Virus record (IMG/VR): IMGVR_UViG_3300049215_000190
Source of the DNA: an uncultured virus (IMG/VR IMGVR_UViG_3300049215_000190)
Taxonomy: Duplodnaviria; Heunggongvirae; Uroviricota; Caudoviricetes
Length of the DNA stretch: 20,000 bases
Direction: 5' to 3' (one strand)
Shown here: positions 6,670 through 15,700 of the stretch, one piece after another
Layout: the number at the start of each line of letters is the position of its first letter
Numbering within the stretch: position 1 is the first letter of the stretch
The notes under the pieces: generated by a model
What the model was told of the DNA's origin: nothing
The model's input: only the letters and a program-made list of their open reading frames with translations
Database searches by the model: none
Program-made: the position numbers and the translations under genes

Positions 6670-8331
6670 ATGAGTGGTTATGGCGGTAATCCGGTGCCTT
6701 TCACTGGAAATGGCGGGATCGGTAACGAGTTTGTTGCCGCCCTGTTGGGTAACGAGAACTTCGTTAAAACCCTTGAAAAGCGTCTTGGGCCGTTGGCAAA
6801 AGCCGATACCATTCAGCAGGCCACAAACCTGCTTTGGTATGACCTTGCGCCCGTGGTGCAGATGCTATATCCGTATCGGGAACTTATTCCGCGGATTAGC
6901 CGACTGCCGCGCGTCGGGGCAAACGGCGGAAATGCCTTCCACTGGAAGCGCATTGTCGGTATCAATGTCAACGGGGCAAGCTCGGGCGTCAGTGAAGGCA
7001 ATCGCGGTGCGCGTATTGCCATCAGCGAGCAAGACCTGACGGCAGCATTCAAGACCCTTGGTTTTGAGAGTTCCGTGACGTTCGAGGCTCGTCTTGGTGC
7101 AAGAAACTTGAGCCCCGAAGCCTTGGGTATCAGCGTTCAAGCGGCACTTCGGTCGTTGATGATTGACGAGGAGAAAATCCTTATCAACGGCAATGCCAGC
7201 TTGCCGCTCGGCGCTACGCCGACGCCGACCTTGACCGCAGGTGCCGTAAGCGGTTTGACTGGCGCTTTTTCGGGCGGAACGGTTTACGTCGTCTGCGTGG
7301 CCTTGACGGGCATGGGCTATTTGGGCTATTCGCCTTATTCGTCCGTGACCAATCTTGGTGGTGTTGTCGGTCAGGTTACGAAGGTCAACGCAGACGGAAC
7401 AACTGATACCTACGGCGGCGGCAGTGCGCAGCCGTCAGCAGAAACGAGCGTTAGCACGAGTGGCACACAAGTTGTTACTGCTACGACAACCTTAGTGCCC
7501 GGCGCTTTTGCTTATGCTTGGTTTGTTGGTTCGGCCTCGGGGGCGGAATACCTTGCTGGTATTACTCCAAGCAACCAAGCGATCTTTACTAAGTATCCGG
7601 CGGCGACCAATCAGCCGATTGCAAACCTCAAAGTCGGTGCAAGTTACTCCGACAATTCCGTCGATCAACTTGTGCCGGACGGCATCTTGTCGCAGGTCTT
7701 TGGGCAAATCACTGGACCGTCGCCCGGCCAGCTTATGTCCACGAACCCACTGTTGCCGAGTGGCATCAGCTTCTCTACCGGCGGGTCAATTATCTACTCT
7801 ATGGCGGCGGGCAATACTGGCTTGACACTTGCCGGCACCAACTTTGCTGAAATCGACGCTGTGCTTCGGGCGGCATATGAGCAATATAAAATCGGGTTTG
7901 ATCGTATCCTGATTTCGGCGGCGGATGTGCTTGATACTTTCGGTGCCATGTTGGCGCAAAGCGGCAGCGGGGGAAATGGTTTCCGTATGCTGTTTGACGC
8001 CGATGCGGAAACCGGCCGAATTGTGGCTGGTAGGCGAGTGACTTCGTATCTTAACAAGTTCTTTAATAACACGCTGGACGTAGAGGTTCACCCCTATGTT
8101 CCGCCTGGTTGCATCTTGTTTTGGTCTGATCGGAGCCCATACGAACTGTCCGGCGTAGCAAACTTGCTCGAAGCAAAAGTTCGGCAGGATTATTATCAAA
8201 TCCAATGGCCGTGCCGTTCGCGGCGTTATGAGTATGGTGTGTATGTGGACGAGGTTTTCCCGTGCTACTTTACCCCGGCGTTCGCGGCAATTATCAACAA
8301 GAACCCGACAACGGGTTCGTTCAGCTTCTAA
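6670..8331 (+). CDS. Major capsid protein (HK97-fold, with a large beta-rich insertion)
   Basis: 553 aa from ATG 6670, with GGGGGT SD at 6658-6663. Follows the protease/scaffold. Motifs LLWYDL...LYP, LPRV, SGVSEGNRG, EEKILINGN, VEVHPYVPPG and YEYGVYVDEVF. GC-rich codon use and a terminator directly downstream. Confidence 0.88.
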   Translation: MSGYGGNPVPFTGNGGIGNEFVAALLGNENFVKTLEKRLGPLAKADTIQQATNLLWYDLAPVVQMLYPYRELIPRISRLPRVGANGGNAFHWKRIVGINVNGASSGVSEGNRGARIAISEQDLTAAFKTLGFESSVTFEARLGARNLSPEALGISVQAALRSLMIDEEKILINGNASLPLGATPTPTLTAGAVSGLTGAFSGGTVYVVCVALTGMGYLGYSPYSSVTNLGGVVGQVTKVNADGTTDTYGGGSAQPSAETSVSTSGTQVVTATTTLVPGAFAYAWFVGSASGAEYLAGITPSNQAIFTKYPAATNQPIANLKVGASYSDNSVDQLVPDGILSQVFGQITGPSPGQLMSTNPLLPSGISFSTGGSIIYSMAAGNTGLTLAGTNFAEIDAVLRAAYEQYKIGFDRILISAADVLDTFGAMLAQSGSGGNGFRMLFDADAETGRIVAGRRVTSYLNKFFNNTLDVEVHPYVPPGCILFWSDRSPYELSGVANLLEAKVRQDYYQIQWPCRSRRYEYGVYVDEVFPCYFTPAFAAIINKNPTTGSFSF

Positions 8332-8347
8332 CGCAAGACGGAATACG

Positions 8348-8385
8348 AAAACAAGCTAGGGTAATACCTAGCTTGTTTTTCTTTT
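8348..8385 (+). terminator. Rho-independent terminator after the major capsid gene (possibly bidirectional)
   Basis: Perfect 13-bp inverted repeat AAAACAAGCTAGG (8348-8360), loop GTAATA, CCTAGCTTGTTTT (8367-8379), continuing TCTTTT. A-run precedes the GC core. Confidence 0.9.
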
Positions 8386-8399
8386 GTAGGAACGAAGCT

Positions 8400-8864
8400 A
8401 TGGCAAGCCATTGTCAAGACTGCACGGGGTGTTGCACCGTGTTTGAAGTTAAAGAGATTGAGAAGCCTTTTGCTGTGCCATGCAAGTATCTCGGAGCCAC
8501 GCTATTCGGCCATGGTTGCACAATATACATGGATCGGCCAGATGCTTGCAAACGCTACGTTTGTTTGTGGTTAGACTCGCAACGGAGAGCGGAATTTACA
8601 GATCGTATGCCCGAAGCTTTGCGCCCTGACGTAAGTAAGGTCGTTATGGGTTGGCCTTGGGGCGAGGATAGGGAAACTCTGTTTATCTATCCGTATCCAG
8701 GCCACGATGACGCTTGGCGAAAGGAACCGATTGCGTCGCATTTGCGCATGATACTTTCGCGCGGCGGAAAAATCGTTGTCGTCACGGGAAATACCCGCAC
8801 CGCCATCAAGGGCGATATGGCATTTGTAGGGACCGAAGAAGAATTTGCCCGTCTGTTAGCATAA
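8400..8864 (+). CDS. CxxCxxCC (YkgJ-like) Zn/Fe-S cysteine-cluster protein
   Basis: 154 aa from ATG 8400 with AGGA SD at 8388. Sequence CQDCTGCC...PCKYL...GCTIYMDRPDACKRYVCLW matches the family cysteine pattern. Confidence 0.8.
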   Translation: MASHCQDCTGCCTVFEVKEIEKPFAVPCKYLGATLFGHGCTIYMDRPDACKRYVCLWLDSQRRAEFTDRMPEALRPDVSKVVMGWPWGEDRETLFIYPYPGHDDAWRKEPIASHLRMILSRGGKIVVVTGNTRTAIKGDMAFVGTEEEFARLLA

Positions 8865-8879
8865 CCGAAGGAAAAAGCT

Positions 8880-9305
8880 ATGTGGTTTGCGTTTCCCCCA
8901 GGCGTTGAGTGCATTTCCGTTGAACGCCAAGAGTTTATAGCGGAAGGAAAGGACAAACTTGGCCGCGATTGTTTCCGGGCCCCGGATCATTTCGCGCCGC
9001 GGATTTTGGCCATTCCCGGCTTTGTCCCTGCAAGTGAACTGGTGGGCGATGTTCCATCTGATCTTACGCCGACAAGCCCCGATATGGAAAAAGCCATTCA
9101 ACAGCTTGCAGAGCAACGTGATGCTGACGGCGTTCGTATCCAAGGACTGACGGAAGACTTGGCCTCGCTTTCGGCAAAGCTTGAGGCTATGACGAACGAA
9201 CGTGACGAAGCACACAAGCAAATTGAAATTCTGCACGAGCAGATTGAAAATTTGCAACAAGAATTGGAAGACGCCGGTGAGCCGGCAACAGCGGCAAAGA
9301 AGTAA
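8880..9305 (+). CDS. Phage protein with acidic C-terminal coiled coil (head accessory/packaging-helper position)
   Basis: 141 aa with AAGGA SD. Heptad-like LTEDLASLSAKLEAMTNERDEAHKQIEILHEQIENLQQEL. Sits between capsid and adaptor genes. Confidence 0.55.
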   Translation: MWFAFPPGVECISVERQEFIAEGKDKLGRDCFRAPDHFAPRILAIPGFVPASELVGDVPSDLTPTSPDMEKAIQQLAEQRDADGVRIQGLTEDLASLSAKLEAMTNERDEAHKQIEILHEQIENLQQELEDAGEPATAAKK

Positions 9306-9308
9306 GCC

Positions 9309-10220
9309 ATGAGTTTGCTCGGCGGCGATTTGACCACGCCACAACGCGTAGCGACGTGGATGGCAAACGCCCCGAGTATTCCTAGCCCAATCATATCGCA
9401 GTTGATTGGCTCGATGACAAATTTGATCTATAGTAAATTAAACCGAGCTCGTTTATATAGTCAAACTTTTACGAGAACATTTGATGGTGTTGGCACAGCG
9501 CAGATTATGCTGCCGGATTATCCCGTAACAAGCATACAGGCCGTGCAACAGGGTTCAGCACTTATACCGCCGTCTGTATTGCCGAACGCGAATGGAACAT
9601 ACAATGCAGGAGTTAATCCTGGCTACGGTTATCGGTTTATTCCCTGGTCTGGCAATTTGCCTGGCGATACGGCGATGGTGGAACTTAACGGAGGGTTCTT
9701 TTGGCCAGCGCCTCAAAATGTCCAGATCACATATACGGCCGGATATCTTATACAAAACGAACAGCAAAGCGTTCCAACAACTGGACCGTACACGATAACT
9801 GTTAATCAGTTTCAGGGAATTTGGTGCCGGGACAACGGTGTGACGTATGCGGCAACCGGCGCGGCTTTAACGCCCGTGACGACAATTACTGCCGCCGGTC
9901 AGTATATCGTTGGTCCTGATAGCACACCGGGGCTTTATACTTTTAGCGTTGCCGACGAGGGCCAAGCCCTGTTGATAAGCTATTCTTTTATTCCCGCCGA
10001 CCTTGAAGAAGCCGTTAATCAAATGGTTGTTGAGCGGTATGCTTATAGGACTCGGGTAGGTGAAATTAGCAAAAGCCTAGGCGGGCAAGAAACAGTCCGG
10101 TTTGCCCGAGGTTCTATGGGTCCGCCGTGGGGCAAAACAAGCTCGTTGCCGCCCGAGGTTATGGATTTGATAAATCCGTATATCAGCGTTCTGCCGCCGA
10201 CTATAGGAGCGCCGGTATAA
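9309..10220 (+). CDS. Head-tail connector/adaptor protein (SPP1 gp15 / HK97 gp6-like) with inserted beta domains
   Basis: 303 aa. Motifs DLTTPQRV, TRTFDGVG, LPDYPVTSI, NVQITYTAGY, IPADLEEAVNQMVVERY and LPPEVMDLINPY. Confidence 0.85.
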   Translation: MSLLGGDLTTPQRVATWMANAPSIPSPIISQLIGSMTNLIYSKLNRARLYSQTFTRTFDGVGTAQIMLPDYPVTSIQAVQQGSALIPPSVLPNANGTYNAGVNPGYGYRFIPWSGNLPGDTAMVELNGGFFWPAPQNVQITYTAGYLIQNEQQSVPTTGPYTITVNQFQGIWCRDNGVTYAATGAALTPVTTITAAGQYIVGPDSTPGLYTFSVADEGQALLISYSFIPADLEEAVNQMVVERYAYRTRVGEISKSLGGQETVRFARGSMGPPWGKTSSLPPEVMDLINPYISVLPPTIGAPV

Positions 10221-10690
10221 TGTTGGGAGTGAACTATACCGTTCCGCCGAACCTTGAAGACCTAGACGGGCGAATTAAAGCGGCTGTGGTAAGCAAGCTG
10301 ATCGAGCTAACGCAAGTTATGTTCGACAAGGTGCAGGAAAACCTAAACGGCAAGATTTTGCAGAAGCAAACAGGCCAGTTGGCTAGTTCTATGCAGCAGA
10401 CGGTAGAAATCAGGGAAAACGTGTCAACCGGAGCCGTTTTTCCTGAACCCGCTTCGCCTAAAGCTTGGGCGTTGGAAAAAGGCGGAAAAGGGTATTATGA
10501 AATTTATCCGACCAAAGCCGCCGTTTTGAGTTGGGTGGGTAAAGAAGGCGGACGAGTTTTCCGTGCCAGTGTCAATCATCCGCCGTCTAAGGATTTTCGG
10601 TATATGGAACTGGCATTGGATGAAATGCGCGAATTGGTTCCAGCCGGTTTTGAAGCAGCGATACAAGAAGTATTGGACAGCAGAGCGTGA
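10220..10690 (+). CDS. Neck / tail-completion protein (HK97 gp10-like)
   Basis: 156 aa from an ATG overlapping the upstream stop (TAATG). Motifs LQKQTGQLASS, AWALEKGG, VNHPPSK and RYMELALDE. Consistent synteny. Confidence 0.7.
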   Translation: MLGVNYTVPPNLEDLDGRIKAAVVSKLIELTQVMFDKVQENLNGKILQKQTGQLASSMQQTVEIRENVSTGAVFPEPASPKAWALEKGGKGYYEIYPTKAAVLSWVGKEGGRVFRASVNHPPSKDFRYMELALDEMRELVPAGFEAAIQEVLDSRA

Positions 10691-11145
10691 GCACCGCGAC
10701 ACGCACAGTGGTTATGGCGAAGATTGAAAGCATAATTGCCGGAATGACGTTCGGAACCGCTATAAACGGCAAAACCACTTGGCAAACCGTAAGTAACCGT
10801 TTGAGGCTTTGGGCTGACGTAAGTCCCGATCAACAACCGGCGGCGTTTTTAGTAACGCACAACGAAGTTGATGAATACAAGCATCTAGGCACCTACAGGC
10901 GTCGGTTAAATTTAGGCATTTGGTGTTACAGCCGAAGCGACAGCACACCAGGCCAGCCTGATCTTGACACGATGATGGAAGCGTTTGAGGCGGCTTTTAA
11001 CGTGCCTGACAATCCGAGCACAGGTAGCAACACGCTCGGAGGGCTTGTATATTGGTGTAGGATAGAAGGCAAGACTTTCAAAGACCCGGGAGACTTGGAC
11101 AGTCAAACACTTTTGATTGTCCCGCTGATTGTTGAAATGCCGTAG
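10687..11145 (+). CDS. Tail terminator / completion protein
   Basis: 152 aa, GTGA overlap with the previous gene. Motifs QQPAAFL, NTLGGLVYWCRIEG and LIVPLIVEMP. Directly upstream of the tail tube. Confidence 0.7.
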   Translation: MSTATRTVVMAKIESIIAGMTFGTAINGKTTWQTVSNRLRLWADVSPDQQPAAFLVTHNEVDEYKHLGTYRRRLNLGIWCYSRSDSTPGQPDLDTMMEAFEAAFNVPDNPSTGSNTLGGLVYWCRIEGKTFKDPGDLDSQTLLIVPLIVEMP

Positions 11146-11156
11146 ATAAAGCTAAA

Positions 11157-11197
11157 GTAGGTATATGGGCAAGGGTCCCCCTTGTGCATATCTCTAC
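11157..11197 (+). promoter_or_regulatory. Long imperfect RNA hairpin in the leader of the tail tube gene
   Basis: GTAGGTATATGGGCAAGGG (11157-11175), loop TCC, CCCTTGTGCATATCTCTAC (11179-11197). 17 of 19 positions pair, 2 of them G-U. No U-tract. AAGGAGA SD follows at 11214-11220. Confidence 0.6.
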
Positions 11198-11226
11198 CTT
11201 GGGTTCTCAAACAAAGGAGACTAATA

Positions 11227-11970
11227 ATGCAGTTGATTTTTGGTATCGGGGCTTTGTGGGGAACTCGCTCCGATGTGACTGGTGTTGGCCCTGATCAATT
11301 TGCCATCTTGCAAGACAACAGTATTGATTTTCAATTCGAGGTTAAGGAACTGTATTCGCAGCTTGGTTATCCAGTGGACATTGCCCGTGGTAAAGGCAAA
11401 ATCACAGGCAAGGCCAAAATGGCCCGAGTTTTTGCGGCACTTTATGCTGATTTGTTTTTCGGCGCATCTGTTGTCACCGGCGAAGACAATGTGAGTGAAA
11501 ACGAGGGATATACGCTGGCGGCGACTACGCTGGCGGTGGCGCACGCATCGACTTTTGTGGCCGACCTTGGCGTCTACTACAACAGTGGTGCGCAGCTTCG
11601 GTTTACCTACACTACCGCCGCGCCATCGGCCGCTGGGCAATATACCACAGGGACGAACGGCAGCTATACGTTTTACTCTGGCGATATCGGTGCCCAGATT
11701 GCAGTATCGTATGTTTACACCGACACAAGCGGTAAGACCATTACGATTACGAACGCCTACATGGGCTTTACGCCGACGTTCATGGGCACGTTCTACCAGC
11801 AGCGCGCTACGCAAGGTAGCTCGGGCCAACTGACGCTTCGGCTAAACGAATGTGTCAGTTCCCATCTGACCATTCCGTCGCGGATCGACGACTACGCAAT
11901 GCAAGACTTCGACTTCCAAGCGTTCTCTGGCGCAAATAACCAGATCGGCACCATTTCTACCTCGGAGTAA
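11227..11970 (+). CDS. Major tail tube protein
   Basis: 247 aa from ATG 11227 with a strong AAGGAGA SD. Motifs FGIGALW, LQDNSIDF..EVKELY...YPVDIARGKGKITGKAK and DDYAMQDFDFQAF. Lies between tail terminator and chaperone. Confidence 0.85.
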   Translation: MQLIFGIGALWGTRSDVTGVGPDQFAILQDNSIDFQFEVKELYSQLGYPVDIARGKGKITGKAKMARVFAALYADLFFGASVVTGEDNVSENEGYTLAATTLAVAHASTFVADLGVYYNSGAQLRFTYTTAAPSAAGQYTTGTNGSYTFYSGDIGAQIAVSYVYTDTSGKTITITNAYMGFTPTFMGTFYQQRATQGSSGQLTLRLNECVSSHLTIPSRIDDYAMQDFDFQAFSGANNQIGTISTSE

Positions 11971-11975
11971 TACTT

Positions 11976-12326
11976 GTGTTTTCAGGAACGAAGATAAAGA
12001 TTGGCGACGAAGAATTTGTTCTTCCGCCGCTGTCACTCGGCCAGTTGCGTGGCGGTTTGTTAGCCAAGCTCCAAGAGCATGACGACAAACTCGCCGCGCA
12101 AGATGTTTTCGGCGCTACGATAATCAGAGGCGAAGTTATTCTTGAAGCTTTGCGCCGAAATTATCCGGATTTTCCAGAACAAAAAGTGTTTGACAATTTG
12201 GATCTCGGTAACACACTTAACCTTTGGCTTTTGGTTTTAGGTTCAAGTGGCTTTACGCCGGGGGAAACGGCGGGGGCGGAGAAGGAAAACCCGACTGGGA
12301 TCTCCGTCCCATCTACAGGTGCTTAG
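11976..12326 (+). CDS. Tail assembly chaperone (lambda gpG equivalent)
   Basis: 116 aa, GTG start with GGAG at 11964-11967. Motifs IKIGDEEFVLPPLSLGQLR and ALRRNYPD. Between tail tube and tape measure; contains G GGG GAA. Confidence 0.8.
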   Translation: MFSGTKIKIGDEEFVLPPLSLGQLRGGLLAKLQEHDDKLAAQDVFGATIIRGEVILEALRRNYPDFPEQKVFDNLDLGNTLNLWLLVLGSSGFTPGETAGAEKENPTGISVPSTGA

Positions 12327-12706
12327 CGGCTGCGTATGGCTGGACGTATTCACAAACGGACAGCCATACGTTGCTTGAAGTAAACGAGCTTATGCTCGGC
12401 TGGGAAGATCATACGCCGACGAACATATTGGTCAAAGCCCTGCTTGAAGGTTTAGGCGGCGGCAAAGCTAATAAGACGCCGACAGCGGACGAGTTTCAGC
12501 AGCTTGCCCCCGAGGCTATGAAAGCGATGCAGGACTCGGCAATGGAAGCTATAGTAGCCAAAGCCGGAAACAGGTTGCCAGTTACCCGCGGACGTGACAA
12601 AGGTTTGCCCCACAAGGGGCCGATTTTTGACGTGGAACTTTTGCGCGACAAGAATGATACTGTGGCTAAAACTTTCCGAAAGGGGTCTGTGAATGTCCGA
12701 GAGTAA
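12260..12706 (+). CDS. -1 frameshift extension of the tail assembly chaperone (gpGT equivalent)
   Basis: The track ORF 12224..12706 is in the -1 frame relative to 11976..12326 and has no convincing start of its own. Slippery GGGGGAA at 12260-12266. gpT-like DWDLRPIY...AYGWT sequence. Confidence 0.72.
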   Translation, partial: GGNGGGGEGKPDWDLRPIYRCLAAAYGWTYSQTDSHTLLEVNELMLGWEDHTPTNILVKALLEGLGGGKANKTPTADEFQQLAPEAMKAMQDSAMEAIVAKAGNRLPVTRGRDKGLPHKGPIFDVELLRDKNDTVAKTFRKGSVNVRE

Positions 12707-15700
12707 CAATCTTGGCATTCAAATTACAGCCACGTCGGCAGCCACGGCGACTATAAAGCAGCTTGAGAATACCGTCCGGGCGCTTGAAGGGACATTAAAG
12801 GCGCTCGGTGGAACGGCTCAAGATGTTGGCGGAAAAATAACAAATAGCTTGCAGAATGAAATCAATGCAATTAACAAAGAAATTGCCGCGAGATCGCAGC
12901 AAGTTGAAAGCATTAAGAAAGTCACGGCTGCTATTAAAGAGCAGGGTGAGGAGGCGAAATTAACATTCAGCACGTTGCAGGAAAATATTAATCGTAACTT
13001 AGGCTTAAATGTAGAGAGAGAAATTTACTCGGCTGTAGATAGCTCTAAAATCTTAGCTAAGTCGCTAAGCGCTGCGGCCGAAGCAGATGCAAGATTTCGT
13101 GATAGCGAGTTGCAAACGGCAAAGGCAACGGAAGTTGCCACAAGAGCCATGCAACAGCAAGCTAGTGTTGTGCGGTCTATGTCGGGCGCGCAGCATTTTA
13201 GCTACTATACAGCCAAACAGGGTGTAGGGCAGACAGCTATTTCGGCTCAGCAATCAGTAAGTGCTTTTGAGCAAAATGGTTTGACGGCAAAAGAACGCCA
13301 GATCAATTCCCTAAAACCGGCCAGTGGCGAAACAACCCAGCAGACAATAGAGCGGCTTACGGGTGTTAACCGAGCCGTAAGTGAAAGCGCAAAATATTGG
13401 CGCGAGTTAGAACTTGCTGAAATAGCAACAGGCAAAGCTGGTGTAGACTCTTTAGGCAAACCGATACCAAAGGTTAAACCCGAGAGCGGTAGGTCTGGCG
13501 GTGCGGTAAGCAATTTTCTGCAAAAGGAAATGCGGCATATTGTCGGTCTTTTTGACTCACTTGCGCGCGGAAGCCGGGGGTCGGCAATGTCGGCAATCGG
13601 CGCTGCGGCCAGAGATGCCGGGCTCGGTGTTGGGGCCTTAGCTACGTCAATGACGGCGTTGGTTGGTGTTATGGCCGGTGCTGCTATTTTGCATCATGCC
13701 GAGGAAATGGGCAAGTGGGCCACGCAAGCAAGAGCAGCGGCAACGGCCACGGGGATGAGTTTACAACAATATACTTCTTTGCAGGGTGCGCTTCGCGGTT
13801 TGGGTGTAAGTGAAAACGAAGCTGATACGAGTTTGCGCAAACTGGCCGAAAGCATGAGCAAGGCCGTAGCGGAACCAACGAGTTTGGCGGCACAAGCTTT
13901 CCGTAACCTTGGTATTAGCCAAGAACAGCTTATAAAGACTAATGGCAATACTTACGCCGGGTTACAACTTTTGGCACAAGCGCAAGCTAATACGGCAGAC
14001 GGAGCGAACAAAACCGCCAATATGAACGAACTGCTTGGGCGCGGTTTTGAGCGTCTTTTGCCGTTGATACAAAACGGCGCTCAAGGCTTGGACGCTATGA
14101 CGGCGGAACAAATCAAGCTAGGCAACGCTTTGGATGAACAGGGCGCACAAAAACTTCAAGCCGCCGGCGGTGCTGTGGACCATCTCGGTGCCGTATTACG
14201 CGGCGAGGGCGTGTCTTCTATGGAAGCTTGGTCGGGTGCAATTATTGCAGTTGCTCATTCGCTTGAAACGCTGTTACGCGCTGTTGGTGCTGTGGTTGGT
14301 AGCGTAGGTCAGCTTGATACGTTTTTGGCTAAGTGGACTACGGTAAGATATAATTTCACGGGAGACAAATCCAAGGGGCCTATGTTGTCTTTTGGGCCAA
14401 GTGCCTATGAGCGGGCGCAGCAAGACGATAAGGCGGCCGAAGGCGGTGAAACGCCAGCAGCAGGCGGAGCTAAAGCTGCCGTGCCTGCATTGACGCCAGC
14501 AACCTCGGCGCTGGAAGCTATGCGCCAGCAAGCAGCGCAAGCGGCTCTGGCAGCCGTTCAGGGGGCTAAAACCTCTCAGGCAGCCCATACAGCAGCTTCC
14601 CGAGCTGAAATAGCGGTCATGGAAAAGACCCTTGCCAGTGCCCAGCTTACAGCAAGAGAAAAGACCCAACTTGAAACCGAAATAGCGAACAAGAAAATAG
14701 CCCTTGCTGAACAAGGTATATCAACTGGCGCAAAGGCCGCAAAGCAAGAATATGCCGATTTTGCTGCCGCTGAAAAACTCAAGATATCGGAAGCAGGCGG
14801 AAGCTCTGCTAAAATACTCGCAATTTACGACGAGTGGGCAAATGCGGCAAAAAACAAATTCAAAGAAAGCGCTGCGGTTGTTACGCAAATTGAACGAGAC
14901 AAGGTGCAAGAGATTAATAAGATAAATCTCGGATTGTTAGAAGAAACGCGCAATAATGATCTAAAACAAAATCAACTAAATAGGTATAATATTGAAATCG
15001 GGCAAATGAGATCGCCCGGCTACAAGTTTTCAACGTCGGATGAGACTCCATCGCAACTTCGCAGTAAAGCCGCAAATGATATTGGCGAAGCGCAAAACAT
15101 TGAAAGTTCGGCTCAGGCGCAAATAGCGCCCTTTAAAACCGTTGCCGCCGCCGCCCAACAAGGGTCCGATGTTCAGAAAAAAGCGCAAGATGATATATTG
15201 GCGATTTTGACCGAAGCTCGGGGTCAAGAAGTCGCGTTATATAAGCAAGCGGGCGAAGCCGCAGAGGAAGCGGCGAAAAAAGCCGCTGCGGCTTTTACAA
15301 GTTTCTTTTCATCAATAGGTTCGGCTTTTCAAAGTTTCGAGGACGCGGCGCTACAAGCAGTGATTGCGCCGAAACAAGAACTGATCAAACAAGGCTTGAC
15401 GACAATAAAGAAAAACGAAGGCGGTATGGAAGTTAAGCAAGCGCTTAGCTCGATGTTGATGGGTGGGATTAAAGACGCCTCAAAGGGTGTTACCACAGCA
15501 CTAAGTAATATGCTGGGTAGTGCCATTTCGGGCACTGCGGGAACGTCGTTAAGCGCCGCGCTAGGTCAGATGGTTGCAAAGGCCGTAACTAATATAGCGG
15601 GGCAAACAGCAGGAAACGCAGTTGGTAGCGCCTTGGGCAATGCGGCAGGACAAACGGCGGGCGCAACAGCAACAGCCGCGCCTATAACAGCAGCAGTGAC

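Noticed and set aside
8262..8399. N-terminal extension of the CxxCxxCC ORF
   Set aside because: It overlaps the capsid 3' end and runs through the terminator. ATG 8400 has its own SD.
10127..10219. Upstream start of the neck gene
   Set aside because: It would overlap the adaptor by over 90 nt. TAATG coupling at 10218-10222 is more plausible.
11182..11226. Upstream start of the tail tube gene
   Set aside because: It lies inside the hairpin, and the strong SD points to ATG 11227.
11221..11829. 202-aa minus-strand ORF
   Set aside because: Fully antisense to the tail tube, Arg-rich and without recognisable motifs.
12224..12259. Independent TTG start for the second chaperone ORF
   Set aside because: No SD. 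Better explained by the -1 frameshift at 12260-12266.
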